Assembly: GCF_004010195.1 (NCBI RefSeq)
Contig: NC_057720.1
Location: 13,473,108-13,530,341 of the forward strand
Direction: 5' to 3'
DNA: 57,234 nucleotides
Origin: Chiloscyllium plagiosum
Taxonomy: Eukaryota
Both the position numbers and the translations under genes were made by a program. This document shows positions 37,976 through 49,742 of the stretch, one piece after another; the first letter of the stretch is position 1, and every line of letters begins with the position of its first letter. The notes below the pieces were generated by a model. It ran no database searches, was not told where the DNA came from, and was given only the letters and a program-made list of their open reading frames with translations.

Positions 37976-38299
37976 CAATGATTTTGTATGTGGTCTCCTT
38001 CAAATATAACCCAGTCCACTGTCGCACAGTAGAAATGTTTGGGATTTCTCTCCACAGATGCTGCCAGACCTGCTGAGCTTTTCCAGCAATTCCTGTTTTT
38101 GTTTCTGATTTACAGCATCCGCAGTTCTTTTGGCTTTTATTTGGGGAAATGGTGCTGACGTCGGTATTTCATTCCAAACAAGGCGCGTGCCCCTGTTTGA
38201 GAACGCCTCCAATAATGGATTTGGCCAGGGGCCGGTGTTGAATGGTGTGGGTGAGGTGCTCTGTGTCCCCTGGGCAAGTCCTGCAAGCGTCTGTGGAGT

Positions 38300-38750
38300 C
38301 TGCATGCTGGCTCAGCGTTTAGTATTGTTGCCCTACAGCGCTGGGGACTCCGGGTTCGATTCCAACATCGGGGCCTCACATTGCCTGGGTGACTTCCGGG
38401 CTGTGTGGAGTTTGCACAATGCACTGTCTGCGTGCCTCGGTTTCCTCCCGCAATCAAACCACGGGTGGGTCGGCCGCGAGGAATAGAGTCGAAAAGTCTG
38501 AAGGGCTTATGCCCGAAACGTCGACTCACCTGCTCCTCAGATGCTGCCTGACCGACTGTGCTTTTCCAGCACCACACTCTCGACTGTAATCTCCAGCATT
38601 TGAAGTCCGCACTTTCTCCCACGAGGAGTGTAGGTATATAGGGATGTGGCGGGGGGGGGGGGGGGGGGGGATGTTGGTATGATGACCTTGGGGGCTTGGT
38701 GTGGACTCGATGGGCCGAATGGCCTGGATCCACACTGTAGGGAGTCTATG
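38300..38750 (+). mobile_element. Degenerate HE1/V-SINE with a family A fragment (38498-38620) inserted
   Basis: ggttcgattcc B box, V-domain, poly-G 38651-38670, tail gggccgaatggcc...cacactgtaggga. Confidence 0.75.
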
Positions 38751-39667
38751 AGTTCTGTCTGCTTTCCCCCAGCTCCCCATTTCAGATCGGCTGTCATCCA
38801 CTTTCCCGCTGATACTTTAAAAACAGCAGATGTAGCCCAGGACCCAGCAGAAAGTTTCGAGGGCGCAAATGCAAACTGACCGCTTCTCCCCTCACGCTCT
38901 TGTTAGGAGAGAAATAGACTGGGAAGGATCACTGGTCCCGGACAAACAGATCCAATCGTATCATTGCCAAAAACAAAGTTCAAGATATTTTGACAATGAT
39001 CCTCTCCGAACCACGCGGCTCTGCCTAACCAGGGATCACACTGTGGGCTACGACTTGAACTCTCTCCGCTCGACCTGCCCAAACAAAAGGCATAAGTCTT
39101 TAACACTGCGTCCTAACTGCCAGAATTTTTACTCGGATGGTTCATACTCTTAAGACTCGCTTCAAATTCGAAGGTGCAGGTGGTGCGACACAATGTTGGT
39201 TTTGACCTATTCATTTTGGGGGATACGAGACTCGCTAACTGGCCGGCATTTATTGGCTGTCCAATTTCTCAAGATCTTGGGGACTTCAGTGGGTCTCAGA
39301 CTGGGGAATCCCGGAATCTTCCAGTGTGCACCACCATGGAGAGGTGAAAATGGAAGCAATTGTAAAGACAACTACATCATTCTCACGCACTTAAAGGAGG
39401 CGAGGGAATTCCTTGCTCAGCCATTACCGTTTCACCCGCCAGTCTCCACATTTTGAGCTTGGGCTGACAATTTTGCTTCAGGGAAGGGCATTAGTGCTGA
39501 AGCAGGTTATGGGTGGTTTTAACACCAGATTATAGGTTCGTGGGCAGCAACTGAGACTAGCTTCCAATTCCCGTTTTTATGTATTTAAATTTAAACCCTT
39601 GAGTCCAGAGTGTAGACCTAGGCCTTAGATTAGCAGCAAAATGAAGAAGCTGGAGATCGGAAACACT

Positions 39668-41825
39668 GCCGTGTTGGACTGGCAGTGATGTGGAGGAGCT
39701 GGTGTTGGAATGGTAGTGATGTGGAGGAGCTGGTGTTGGGCTGGCAGTGATGTGGAGGAGCTGGCGTTGGAATGGTAGTGATGTGGGGAGCCAGTGTTGC
39801 ACTGGCAGTGATGTGGAGGAGCCGGTATTAGACTGGCAGTGATGTGGAGGAGCTGGTATTGGACTGGCAGTGATTTGGAGGGGTCGGTGTTGAACTGGCA
39901 GTGATGTGGAGGGGTTGGTGTTGAATTGGCAGTGATGTGGAGGGGCCGGTGTTGGACTGGCAGTGATGTGGAGGGGCCGGTGTTGAACTGGCAGTGATGT
40001 GGAGGGAGCCGGTGTTGAACTGGCAGTGATGTGGAGGGGCCGGTGTTGGACTGGCAGTGATATGGAGGGAGCCGGTGTTGGACTGGCAGTGATGTGGAGG
40101 GGCCGGTGTTGGACTGGCAGTGATGTGGAGGAGCCAGATTTGGACTGACAGTGATGTGGAGGAGCTGGTATTGGACTGTCAGTGGTGTGGATGAGCTGGT
40201 GTTGAATTGGCAGTGATGTGGAGAAGCCGGTGTTAGACTGGCAGTGATGTGGAGGAGCTGGCATTGGACTGGCAGTGATGTGGGGGAGCCAGTGTTGGAC
40301 TGACAGTGATGTGGAGGGGCTGGTGTTGAAATTGGCAGTGATGTGGAGCAGATTGTCTTGGACTGGCAGTGATGAAGAGGATCTGGTTTTGGACTGGCAG
40401 TGATGTGGAAGGGCTGGTGTTGAATTAGCAGTGATGTGGAGGGGCCGGTATTGGACTGGCAGTGATGTGGAGGAGCCAGTGTTGCACTGGCAGTGATGTG
40501 GTGTAGCTGGTATTAGACTGGCAGTGATGTGGAGGAGCCGGTGTTGCACTGGCAGTGATGTGGAGGAGCCCGTGTTGGATTGGCTGTGATGTGGAAGAGC
40601 CGGTGTTGGATTGGCAATGGTGTGGTGGAGCTGATTTTGGACTGGCAGTGATGTGAAGGAGCCCATTGTGGACTGGTAGTGATGTGGACGAGCTGGCTTT
40701 GGACTGGCAGTGATGTGGAGGAGCCGGTGTTGGACTGGCATTGACATGGAGGAGCCAATGTGGACTGGCTGTGATGTGGAAGAGCTGGAGTTGGTGTAGC
40801 AGTGATGTGGAAGAGCCGGTGTTGGACTGGCAGTGATGTGGAGGAGCTGGTGTTAAACTAGCAGTGATGTGGAGGTGCTGGAGCTGGACTGGCAGTGATT
40901 TGGAGGAGCCGGTGTTGCACTGGCAGTGATGTGGAGTAACTGGAGTTGGACTGGCAGTGATGTGGAGGAGCTGGTATTAGACTGGCAGTGATGTGGAGGA
41001 GCCGGTGTTGCACTAGCAGTGATTTGGAGGAGCTGGTGTTGGACTGGCTGTGATGTGGAAGAGCCGGTGTTGGATTGGCAATGGTGTGGTGGAGCTGATT
41101 TTGGACTGGCAGTGATGTGAAGGAGCCCGTTGTGGACTGGTAGTGATGTGGATGAGCTGGTGTTGGACTGGCATTGACATGGAGGAGCCAATGTGGACTG
41201 GCTGTGATGTGGAAGAGCTGGAGTTGGTATAGCAGTGATGTGGAAGAGCTGGTGTTGGACTGGCAGTGATGTGGAGGAGCCGGTGTTGGACTGGCAGTGA
41301 TGTGGAGGAGCCGGNNNNNNNNNNNNNNNNNNNNNNNNNNNNNNNNNNNNNNNNNNNNNNNNNNNNNNNNNNNNNNNNNNNNNNNNNNNNNNNNNNNNNN
41401 NNNNNNNNNNNNNNNNNNNNNNNNNNNNNNNNNNNNNNNNNNNNNNNNNNNNNNNNNNNNNNNNNNNNNNNNNNNNNNNACGTGCAAACTCCACACAGTC
41501 AGTCGCCTGAGGCGGGAATTGAACCCGGGTCTCAGGCGCTGTGAGGCAGCAGTGCTAACCACTGTGCCACCGTGCCGCCCACGGTGTGGAGGAGCTGGTG
41601 TTGGACTGGCATTGACGTGGAGGAGCCGGTGTTGGACTAGCAGTGATGTGGAGGAGCTGGAGTTGGTGTAGCAGTGATGTGGAGGAGCCGGTGTTGGACT
41701 GACAGTGATGTGGAGGAGCTGGAGTTGGTGTAGCAGTGATGTGGAGGAGCTGGTATTGGACTGGCAGTGATGTGGAGGAGCTGGAGTTGGTGTAGCAGTG
41801 ATGTGGAGGAGCTGGTGTTGACTGG
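39668..41825 (+). repeat. 31-bp minisatellite (GGACTGGCAGTGATGTGGAGGAGCYGGTGTT)n, about 60 units, with gap 41315-41479
   Basis: Direct tandem periodicity; contiguous with a family B element at the right end. Confidence 0.97.
41480..41580 (-). mobile_element. 5' part of a young HE1/V-SINE inside the minisatellite
   Basis: Nearly identical to 22308-22407; the rest probably lies in the gap. Confidence 0.85.
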
Positions 41826-42015
41826 CTTGGACAAAGTTATAAATCGCACAACACCAGGTTATAGTCCAACAGGTTTATTTGGATGCACTAGCTTTCAGAG
41901 CGCTGCTCCTTTGTCAGGGAACAAGTGATGATTCACTAGGGATTGACAAAGGATCGGCGCTCCGAAAGCTAGTGCTTCCAAATTAACCTGTTGTAACATG
42001 AAGTTGTGTGATTTG
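41800..42015. mobile_element. Fold-back family B element joined to the minisatellite
   Basis: ggacaaagttataaatcgcacaacaccaggttatagtccaacagg...; decayed cores at 41889-41918 (-) and 41944-41971 (+). Confidence 0.85.
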
Positions 42016-45000
42016 TAATTGTGTCTGAGCAGGTTAGTACAGGCTCCTCATCCACTTGTTTTGACCTCATTTAGAATCATGGGGAAAATAAGAGCGGGGA
42101 AAGAGGCCGTTCAGCCCGTCGTGTCTGGCTGCTATTTGTGATCAACTCAACCAATTGCACGATTTACGCATAGTATTGTCTCCCATCGTATTGTGTCTGT
42201 CTCGGTTCCATCCAATTGTTATTCCAAGCTATAACTGAAACTGCGCGGCAGTGTGGGGTTGAAAAAAAGAAAAAGGAGTGTCAGACATCCTGCTCACTCT
42301 GACAAAAAAAGGAAAAACTTTTTAAAAAATAACTGAATCTGCTTAGACCCTGACTGCAGGCGCTCGCCTTTCGGTTGATCACCTTAAACCGGCGGCCCCC
42401 ACATCTCCACAAATGGGAGCAATTTATGCCTCGCCACTCTGTCCAGACCTCTCTACATTTTGAACACCTTGACCAAATCTCCTCGCGGCCATCTCACCCC
42501 CAATCTGTCCGCGTTAACTGCAGTCCCTCATCCCTGAAACCATTCTGGTAAACGGGTTCAGCACCGTCTGTCTTCTCTTGCAGTTGATTTATAGCTGTTC
42601 CTGCGCGCTTTATATTATCCCATGCTCATTTATTTGGTGACTGAGTAAATAAACAGCACCTTGTAGCCGGAGCTTGGACCAGGGTCGACAGAGTTCAATA
42701 TAGAGTGTGCGTGCGAACAGTGAAACACGGTTTTGCACCAGAGAATTGGTGGGAACAGCAGCGAGCAACCAGCAGGAGGTGCTGTGCTCCAACAACACGT
42801 CCCAGGCAGGGTTACTGGGGTGAAGAGGCAACGTGAACAAGTCACATCGATTCCACCTGACCGCGACCCGATGTGATCTTGGTATTTGGGTGTTGTGGTC
42901 CCCAGGGAAACCTCAGGTATGGGAGTTTGAGGAGGTGGTAGTGGGGCGAGGTGATATTTCCGCTGATTAACACGCGCCCACATTTTTATCTGGGTGTGAT
43001 ATGAAAAGCAGGCACCAATAACACCAGGGGGGACACAGTGCTGGATTGGGTGACTGCATGCCGGTTTATCCTTCAAAGAGAAGTCTGCCAAATCTCCAGA
43101 ATGCAGAGTTTGATGCTAGTGCAAAAAAAATACAGATGCCTCGAAGGTGTTGCAGTGTGTAATATGACACGGTGAAGGGAGTTCAGATGATGCTATAAAC
43201 CACGAGAAAGATATCAATTCCCCACCCCCAGATTGTGTTATAGCCTATTAAAGCACTCTCGAGCATCTGTTTTATATAAATTATATCTTTTTGGGACGCT
43301 TCCAAATTCGCGAGGCATTTTTCAGAGTGACTGTACAGCGGCGAGTTCATTACCGCGACCCTCCGCGCTGTCTCAGAACCTAGAGGTGATTAAGTGTTCA
43401 CTTCATGAGGGAATGATCTCAAAAGTTCTTACCCCGACTCCACGGTGCAATTAATTAATGCCCTTGATCAGGCGCCGCCCTTGAATTTAAGGTTTCGAAC
43501 TAGCCCTGAGTGCACAGTTCGTGACTGTCTCAGGTTCAAGCAAATGCGTTTATTCCAGTGCACCAGAATATTATTGGTTTCACTCTCTCTCCTAGCATCT
43601 CATCCTAGCCAAACACTCATATCCCGAGAGATTATTTTTTAAAGACGACAGACATTCACTTTAAAACAAAACCCCTCTTGATGACAGTGGGCAAAACACT
43701 CGCCAGATTGTGGAAGAATGGGGGTCAGTGAGGAATCAGTCTTACTGTTTTTTTCAGTGAGCTGAAAGCAGGTATTGTGAGACAAAGACAGATAAAATCA
43801 AGTGTATGGCGGGTAAGGATTCGAGTTTTGTTGTACTTTGCATCATAAATGGGGTGACTTTAAACGGTAGAAGAATATGCCGTCGTGAAATACTAAAACC
43901 GAACTCAACTTGGCAAATAACTCGACAATGTAACGAGAGACTGTTTGCAATTGTTTTGCAGTGTGTTTCTCTTGACTTCACAGCAGCAGTTCATCGAGTA
44001 AATTAAAATGCGTGCACATCAGACGTGTTATAGTCAGATCTTAATCAGACCCTTCCTTTATCCTCACTCCATAATCTAATGAACATCGAGGCACATCTGA
44101 CAGTGAGCGTCTGAAGAAGTGATTAATTAGATTAAAACAAAGGCAGGTACAGATTGCTGCTAGGGTGGGAACACATTGTCCACTCCCTTGGGAACTCACG
44201 CGACCCCTTTGATATTACCTGAAGACGTGAACCTATTTCAACCCCCACATCAGATTCACATCGATCAGATTAGACAGAATCGTGTCTTCCCATGTTAGTC
44301 ATGCAGTTAAGGGCACATCCAAACTCACCATTGTCAACAATCTCTACAAAAGGTGTGAATTGGGAGCCGGCTATTTATTCATTAAAATTAAACATGTCTT
44401 ATATTATTGAATCACACAGTATGATTTAAAACGCTCACCGCATGCTTACATCTTTTTGTGATGTGTCAACTGTTCGGCTATTTTGTAATTTAAATATTTG
44501 TCTTATGTCATCCTGTCACACAATGCTAAGCATTGCGCTGGCAGACAGTGCAACCTTCAGGTACATGTAACATGTAACGCGCCGCCCTCTGAACGGGCGA
44601 AGTTAAGAGTGAACTGTTCATGACAGATTTCAAAAGGTTTACCAAATGAAATTGTTTAAATGAAAATAAAAAATATCCTGGAGATCACAGCGGATTCAAG
44701 GATGCAGCCTGACCCCCTGTGATCTCCGGCATGTTTTTGTTTTCAGTACAGATTCCAGCAGCTGCAGTAATTTGCTGGAAATTAATCAAATTACCGTTGG
44801 TTCATCAAATGTAGGCCCCGAAATGTAGCATAAGCAAAATATAGGAGAAATATGTTCAGGACAGTATTAGGCACAGGACTGAGACCAAGTGGGCTCGCAA
44901 ATAAGAGCCAGTCTCTTATGAGATATGTCTTTGCATTTGCGTTTTCCTGTCAGATTATTTCTGTGGAGTTATGCAAGGAAGTGGGAAAGGGTTCAATAAT

Positions 45001-45197
45001 CCGTTTGAGCTGCTGTGCAACCTGACTTGCATTAAAACTGGCTCATTGTTGCAGGTTTAAAAAGATGGCAAGTTTCAGGCCTAGATAAAATGCGGTGGGA
45101 ATTTTGTTGTGATCAATTGATTTACAAGGATATTGCCGGGGCTGGAGGGTTTGAGCTACAGGGAGAGGCTGAACTGGCTGGGGCGATTTAGAACGTA

Positions 45198-45411
45198 AGT
45201 GAGGACTGTAGATGCTGGAGATTAGAGTCAAGATTAGAGTGGTGCACAGTATAGCACACCAGGTCAGGCAGCATCGGAGGAGCAGGAAAATCGACGTTCC
45301 GGGCAGGAGCCCTTCATCCTGATGAAGGGCTTTTGCCTGAAACGTCGATTTTCCTGCTCCTGGGATGCTGCCTGACCTGCTGTGCTTTTCCAGCGCCCCT
45401 CTAATCTTGAT
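45198..45411. mobile_element. Fold-back family A element
   Basis: Inverted arms meeting at gcccttcatc|ctgatgaagggc. Confidence 0.85.
45319..45346 (+). ncRNA. Minimal hammerhead ribozyme core, family A, with GUC triplet
   Basis: ATC-CTGATGA-A-GGGC-TTTT-GCCT-GAAA-CG-TC-GAT; palindromic ACGT at stem III. Confidence 0.75.
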
Positions 45412-45422
45412 TTAGAATGTAG

Positions 45423-47108
45423 GAGCTGAAAATGTGTTGCTGGAAAAGCGCAGCAGGTCAGGCAGCATCCCAGGAGCAGGAGAATCGACGTTTCGGGCAT
45501 GAGCCTTTCTTCAGGAATGAGGAAAGTGTGTCCAGCAGGCTAAGGTAAAGGTAGGGAGGAGGGACTTGGGGGAGGGGCGTTGGAGATGCGATAGATGGAA
45601 GGAGGAAAATGAGGCGCTCTTCCTCCAGCCGTCATGTTGCTATGGTCTGGCGATGGAGGAGTCCAAGGACCTGCATGTCCTTGGTGGAGTGGGAGGGGGA
45701 GTTGAAGTGTTGAGCCACGGGGTGGTTGGGTTGGTTGGTTCGGGTGTCCCAGAGGTGTTCTCTGAAACGTTCCGCAAGTAGGCGGCCTGTCTCCCCAATA
45801 TAGAGGAGGCCACAGCGGGTGCAGTGGATGCAGTAAATGATGTGTGTAGAGGCGCAGGTGAATTTGTGGCGGATATGGAAGGATCCCTTGGGGCCATGGA
45901 GGGAAGTAAGGTGGGAGGTGTGGGCGCAAGTTTTGCATTTCTTGCAGTTGCAGGGGAAGGTGCCGGTAGTGGAGGTTGGGTTGGTGGGGTGTGTGGACCT
46001 GACGAGGGAGTCACGGAGCGATTGGTCTTTTCAGAATGCTGATAGGGGAGGGGAGGGAAATATATCCCTGGTGGTGGGGTCGTTTGGAGGTGGCCGAAAT
46101 GAACTCGGGTGATATGATGTGGGAAGTGGAGGAGATGCGGTGGAGAGTATCTTCTCCACTTCCTGCTCCTCCGCCCTTGAGCTCCGGCCCTCCAATCGCC
46201 ACCAGGACAGAACCCCACTGGTCCTCACCTACCACCCCACCAACCTCCATATACATCGTATCATCCGTCGTCATTTCAGACACCTCCAAACGGGCCCCAC
46301 CACCAGGAATATATTTCCCTCCCCTCCCCTATCAGCATTCCGAAAAGACCAATCCCTCTGTGATTCCCTCATCAGGTCCACACCCCCCACCAACCCAACC
46401 TCCATTCCCGGCACCTTCTCCTGCAACTGCAAGAAATGCAAAACTTGCACCCACACCTCCCACCTTACTTCCCTCCAAGGCCCCAAGGGATCCTTTAATA
46501 TCCGCCACAAAACCCGATGTGCCTCCTCTATATTGGGGAGACAGGCCGCCTACTTGCGGAACGTTTCAGAGAACACCTCTGGGACACTCGGACCAACCAA
46601 CCCAACCACCCCGTGGCTCAACACTTCAACTCCCCCTCCCACTCCACCAAGGACATTCAGGTCCTTGGACTCCTCCATCGCCAGACCACAGGAACATGAT
46701 GGCTAGAGGAAGAGCGCCTCATCTTCCGCCTAGGAACCCTCCAATCACAAGGGATGAACTCAGATTTCTCCAGTTTCCACATTTCCCCTTCCCCCACCTT
46801 GTCTCAGTCCCAGCCCTCAAACTCAGCACCACCTTCCTAACCTGCAATCTTCTTCCTGACCTCTCCGCCCCCACTCCCACTCCGGCCTATCACCCTCAAC
46901 TTAACCTTCTTCCACCTATCGCATTTCCAACGCCCCTCCCCCAAGTCCCTCCTCCCTACCTTTTATCTTAGCCTGCTGGACACACTTTCCTCATTCCTGA
47001 AGAAGGGCTCATGCCCGACATGTCAATTCTCCTGCTCCTTGGATGATGCGCTTTTCCACCAACACATTTTCAGCTCTGATCTCCAGCATCTGCAGTCCTC
47101 ACTTTCTC
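45423..47108. mobile_element. Penelope-like element as an inverted pair: minus arm 45423-46136, plus arm 46149-47108 (RT C-terminus, Cys/His linker, GIY-YIG endonuclease, terminal repeat)
   Basis: PLVLTYHP, CNCKKCKTCTH and LYIGETGRLLAERFREHL...HPVAQHF motifs; hammerhead cores at 45487-45514 (-) and 46997-47025 (+, GAAA mutated to GACA). Confidence 0.92.
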
Positions 47109-48049
47109 TTAGAACGTAGAAGGCTGAGGGATGATCTTATAGATGCTTATAAAGGCATGAAGGGCATGGATAGGATAAATAACAAGGTCTTTTCACGAGG
47201 GTGGGGGAGTCCAGAACTAGAGGGCGTAGGTTTAGGGTGAGAGGGAAAAGATTTAAAAGGGACCTAAGGGGCAACTTTTTCATGCCAGAGGAAGTGGTGG
47301 AGGCTGGTACAATTACAACGTTTTCAAGGCATCTGTGTGGGTATATGAATAGGAATGGTTTAGCGGAATATGGGTCAAATGCCAGCAAATGGGACGAAAT
47401 TAATTTAGGATATCTGGTCGGCATAGCCGAAGAGTCTGTTTTCACGCTGTACATCTCAATGATTCTGTTTGGGAGGGTTTACTGCCCTGAATGTTCCAAT
47501 GTGTTTAGGAATAAAGGAGTGGTCCATTCTGGACTGTCCCCGCTCATGCTGGGAGGGAATGATCACACAGGGAATCGGAAGTACTGTGGCAACAGGCCGG
47601 TTGGAGCCTGGAGCTGGTAGAGACTCCAACACTCTGCCCCTCAAAACGATAACCACAAGAGTTGCACTGTTTTGACCAGCATCCATTAAACCCTGGAGAG
47701 GGAACCTCTGCTCAGAGGCAGTGATGCACCTCGCTATGCCACAGATATTTTCTAATCAACGTTTTCAGAGATATTCTTACACTCTCTGGAGAACGTGAGA
47801 TTTGAAGCTGGGACTTGTGACTCAGCGATAGACTACCCAGTGAATTAAACACAAATAAATCCAAAAATCCAGTGGAAATATGTTGTACATATCTATATGT
47901 TTCTGACCATGGGCCAAACGAATCAGAATTAGCTCTCTGACAGGCTGCATTACTTCTTAAAATTACTTTATCCAATGGAAGGACACTGAGCGATGGTAGT
48001 TGCATTTTCCGTGCCAAGCTGTCAAGTGCCCTTCACAAAATACCTCAAT

Positions 48050-48146
48050 AACCACCGAAAAAGGGGCAGCGCTCTGAAAGCTTGTGATTTCAAATAAACC
48101 CGTTGGACTGTAACCTGGTGTGGTCTGACTTCTGACCTTGTCCAAC
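48050..48146 (+). mobile_element. Family B fragment
   Basis: gcagcgctctgaaagcttgtgatttcaaataaacc...ctggtgtggtctgacttc. Confidence 0.7.
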
Positions 48147-48219
48147 TTCAGATTTTGAGTTCTGCAGAAGGATCACTGGAAACACCAAGGTGTTTCTTTC
48201 TCTACGTAAGTACTGCCAG

Positions 48220-48460
48220 TGTATGGTGGCTCAGTGGTTAGCACCGCTGCCTCACAGCGCCAGGGACCTGCGTTCGGTTCCCCTCTCAAGTAACTGCATG
48301 GAGTTTGCATATTCTCTCCCTGTGCCAGGTGAATTGGCCCTGCTAAATTGGCAGCTGTGTTCGGCAGAGGGGAAGGCGGTCTGGCTGGATTATCCCGCGG
48401 CGGGTCGGTGTGGAGTTGTTGGGCCAAATGGCTTGTTTCCACACTGTAGGGAATCTAAGC
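48220..48460 (+). mobile_element. Internally deleted HE1/V-SINE
   Basis: tggtggctcagtggttagcacc head; cacactgtagggaatct tail. Confidence 0.8.
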
Positions 48461-48842
48461 TAAACCTCTCGGAGTTTCTCCGACATTTTCTGTGTGCATT
48501 CCAGTTTCAGGTGAAAATGGTGTTCGACTGGGAGCAGCTTTAAACAAAGTCATACATTCGAGGGCAGTTAGACCATCCCGGGAATGAAATTGTCATCCGA
48601 TCACGCGAAAACTCAGACCTAGAGTACTGCCAACATTATCGCAATCTAACAATAGCTGGCCCTTCAGCAATGTACGGGTAATTAAATACAGACGGAACAC
48701 ACAGGGGTGAATACGGAAATCTTGCCTGTACAATGAACAGAAGCTTTTGTAATGAAAATATTCGAACTTGCATTAGAAGGTTCGATGGGACCCAGCCAGA
48801 CTGAGAAGGTGAACTGACATTGTTCATTTGTTCAATGGTATT

Positions 48843-49004
48843 CATGATTTGGAGATGCCAGTGTTGGATTGTAGTGTACAAAGTTAAAAATCACACAACA
48901 CCAGGTTATAGTCCAACACGTTTAATTGGAAGCGACGCTCCGAAAGCTAGCACTTCCAATTAAACCTGTTGGACTATAACCTGGTGTTGTGTGATTTTTA
49001 ACTT
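48843..49004. mobile_element. Fold-back family B element
   Basis: aagttaaaaatcacacaacaccaggttatagtccaaca / tgttggactataacctggtgttgtgtgatttttaactt near-perfect inverted repeat. Confidence 0.9.
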
Positions 49005-49504
49005 CTGTTCGGGTTAGGATTATATACAAACGTAACTATCAATACCAACTTTAATTGAAATAAAATTATATCGATTGCAGCACTATTTTACGGTTGTAGA
49101 TATCGCACCTTCATTGAGTTTGGTTTCTGGATCGATAGTTAACCCCTTGTGGTAACTCATTCTGAAAGATTAAAAAAAAATCAGCGGAGCGCCTGTGGCG
49201 TTGCTCGCAGATAAATACCCACAAAAGCCCGACGTTAAAAAGGTGACAAACAGCGTGAGATTTCAAGAATGGTCAAGGTGTTCAGGGGTCGAAAATGCCA
49301 TTGTGGAGCTTCACGAACCCATTCATTAACGCCACCGATTTAACCTGCGTCCTGTCCAGTCTTCAGCTGTGCGGCGCGAAGGTAATGTCCCGACCTCTGG
49401 GCCACGAGGCCTCGGTTCCAAGTCCCACCTGGTCCTGAGGTGTGTCATAACGTCCCTGAACAGGTTGGTTTGGAAATATCGTCAGTGGCTTGTGCTCTGG
49501 GTAC

Positions 49505-49742
49505 ATTTTTATTTTCACGCAGAGGGTGGTAGGTGTGTGGAATGAGCTGCCAGAGGAAGTGGTGGAGGCTGGTACAATTACAACATTTAAAAGGCATCTG
49601 GATGGGTATATGAATAGGAAGGGTTTGGAGGGATATGGGCCGGGTGCTGGCAAGTGGGACTAGATTGGGTTGGGATATCTGGTCGGCATGGACAGGTTGG
49701 ACCGAAGGGTCTGTTTCTATGCTGTACATCTCTGTGACTCTT
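49505..49742 (+). mobile_element. HER1/CR1 3' end
   Basis: FTQRVVGVWNELPEEVVEAG; tail ggaccgaagggtctgtttctatgctgtacatctctgtgactc. Confidence 0.9.

Larger units (their letters stand above)
45115..47465 (+). mobile_element. HER1/CR1 3' portion (45115-45197 and 47109-47465) split by Penelope insertions
   Basis: ...RILPGLEGLSYRERL continues as LERRRLRDDLIDAYK...SRTRG...RDLRGNFF after 47109. Confidence 0.85.

Noticed and set aside
39557..40747. 396-aa S/T/P/H-rich ORF and neighbouring ORFs
   Set aside because: Artefact of the 31-bp minisatellite cycling through three stop-poor frames; no splice or promoter context.
39668..41825. CRISPR-like array
   Set aside because: Units are head-to-tail with no unique spacers, there are no cas genes, and the DNA is vertebrate.
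46036..46971. 311-aa proline-rich ORF
   Set aside because: Alternative frame of the C-rich Penelope sequence.
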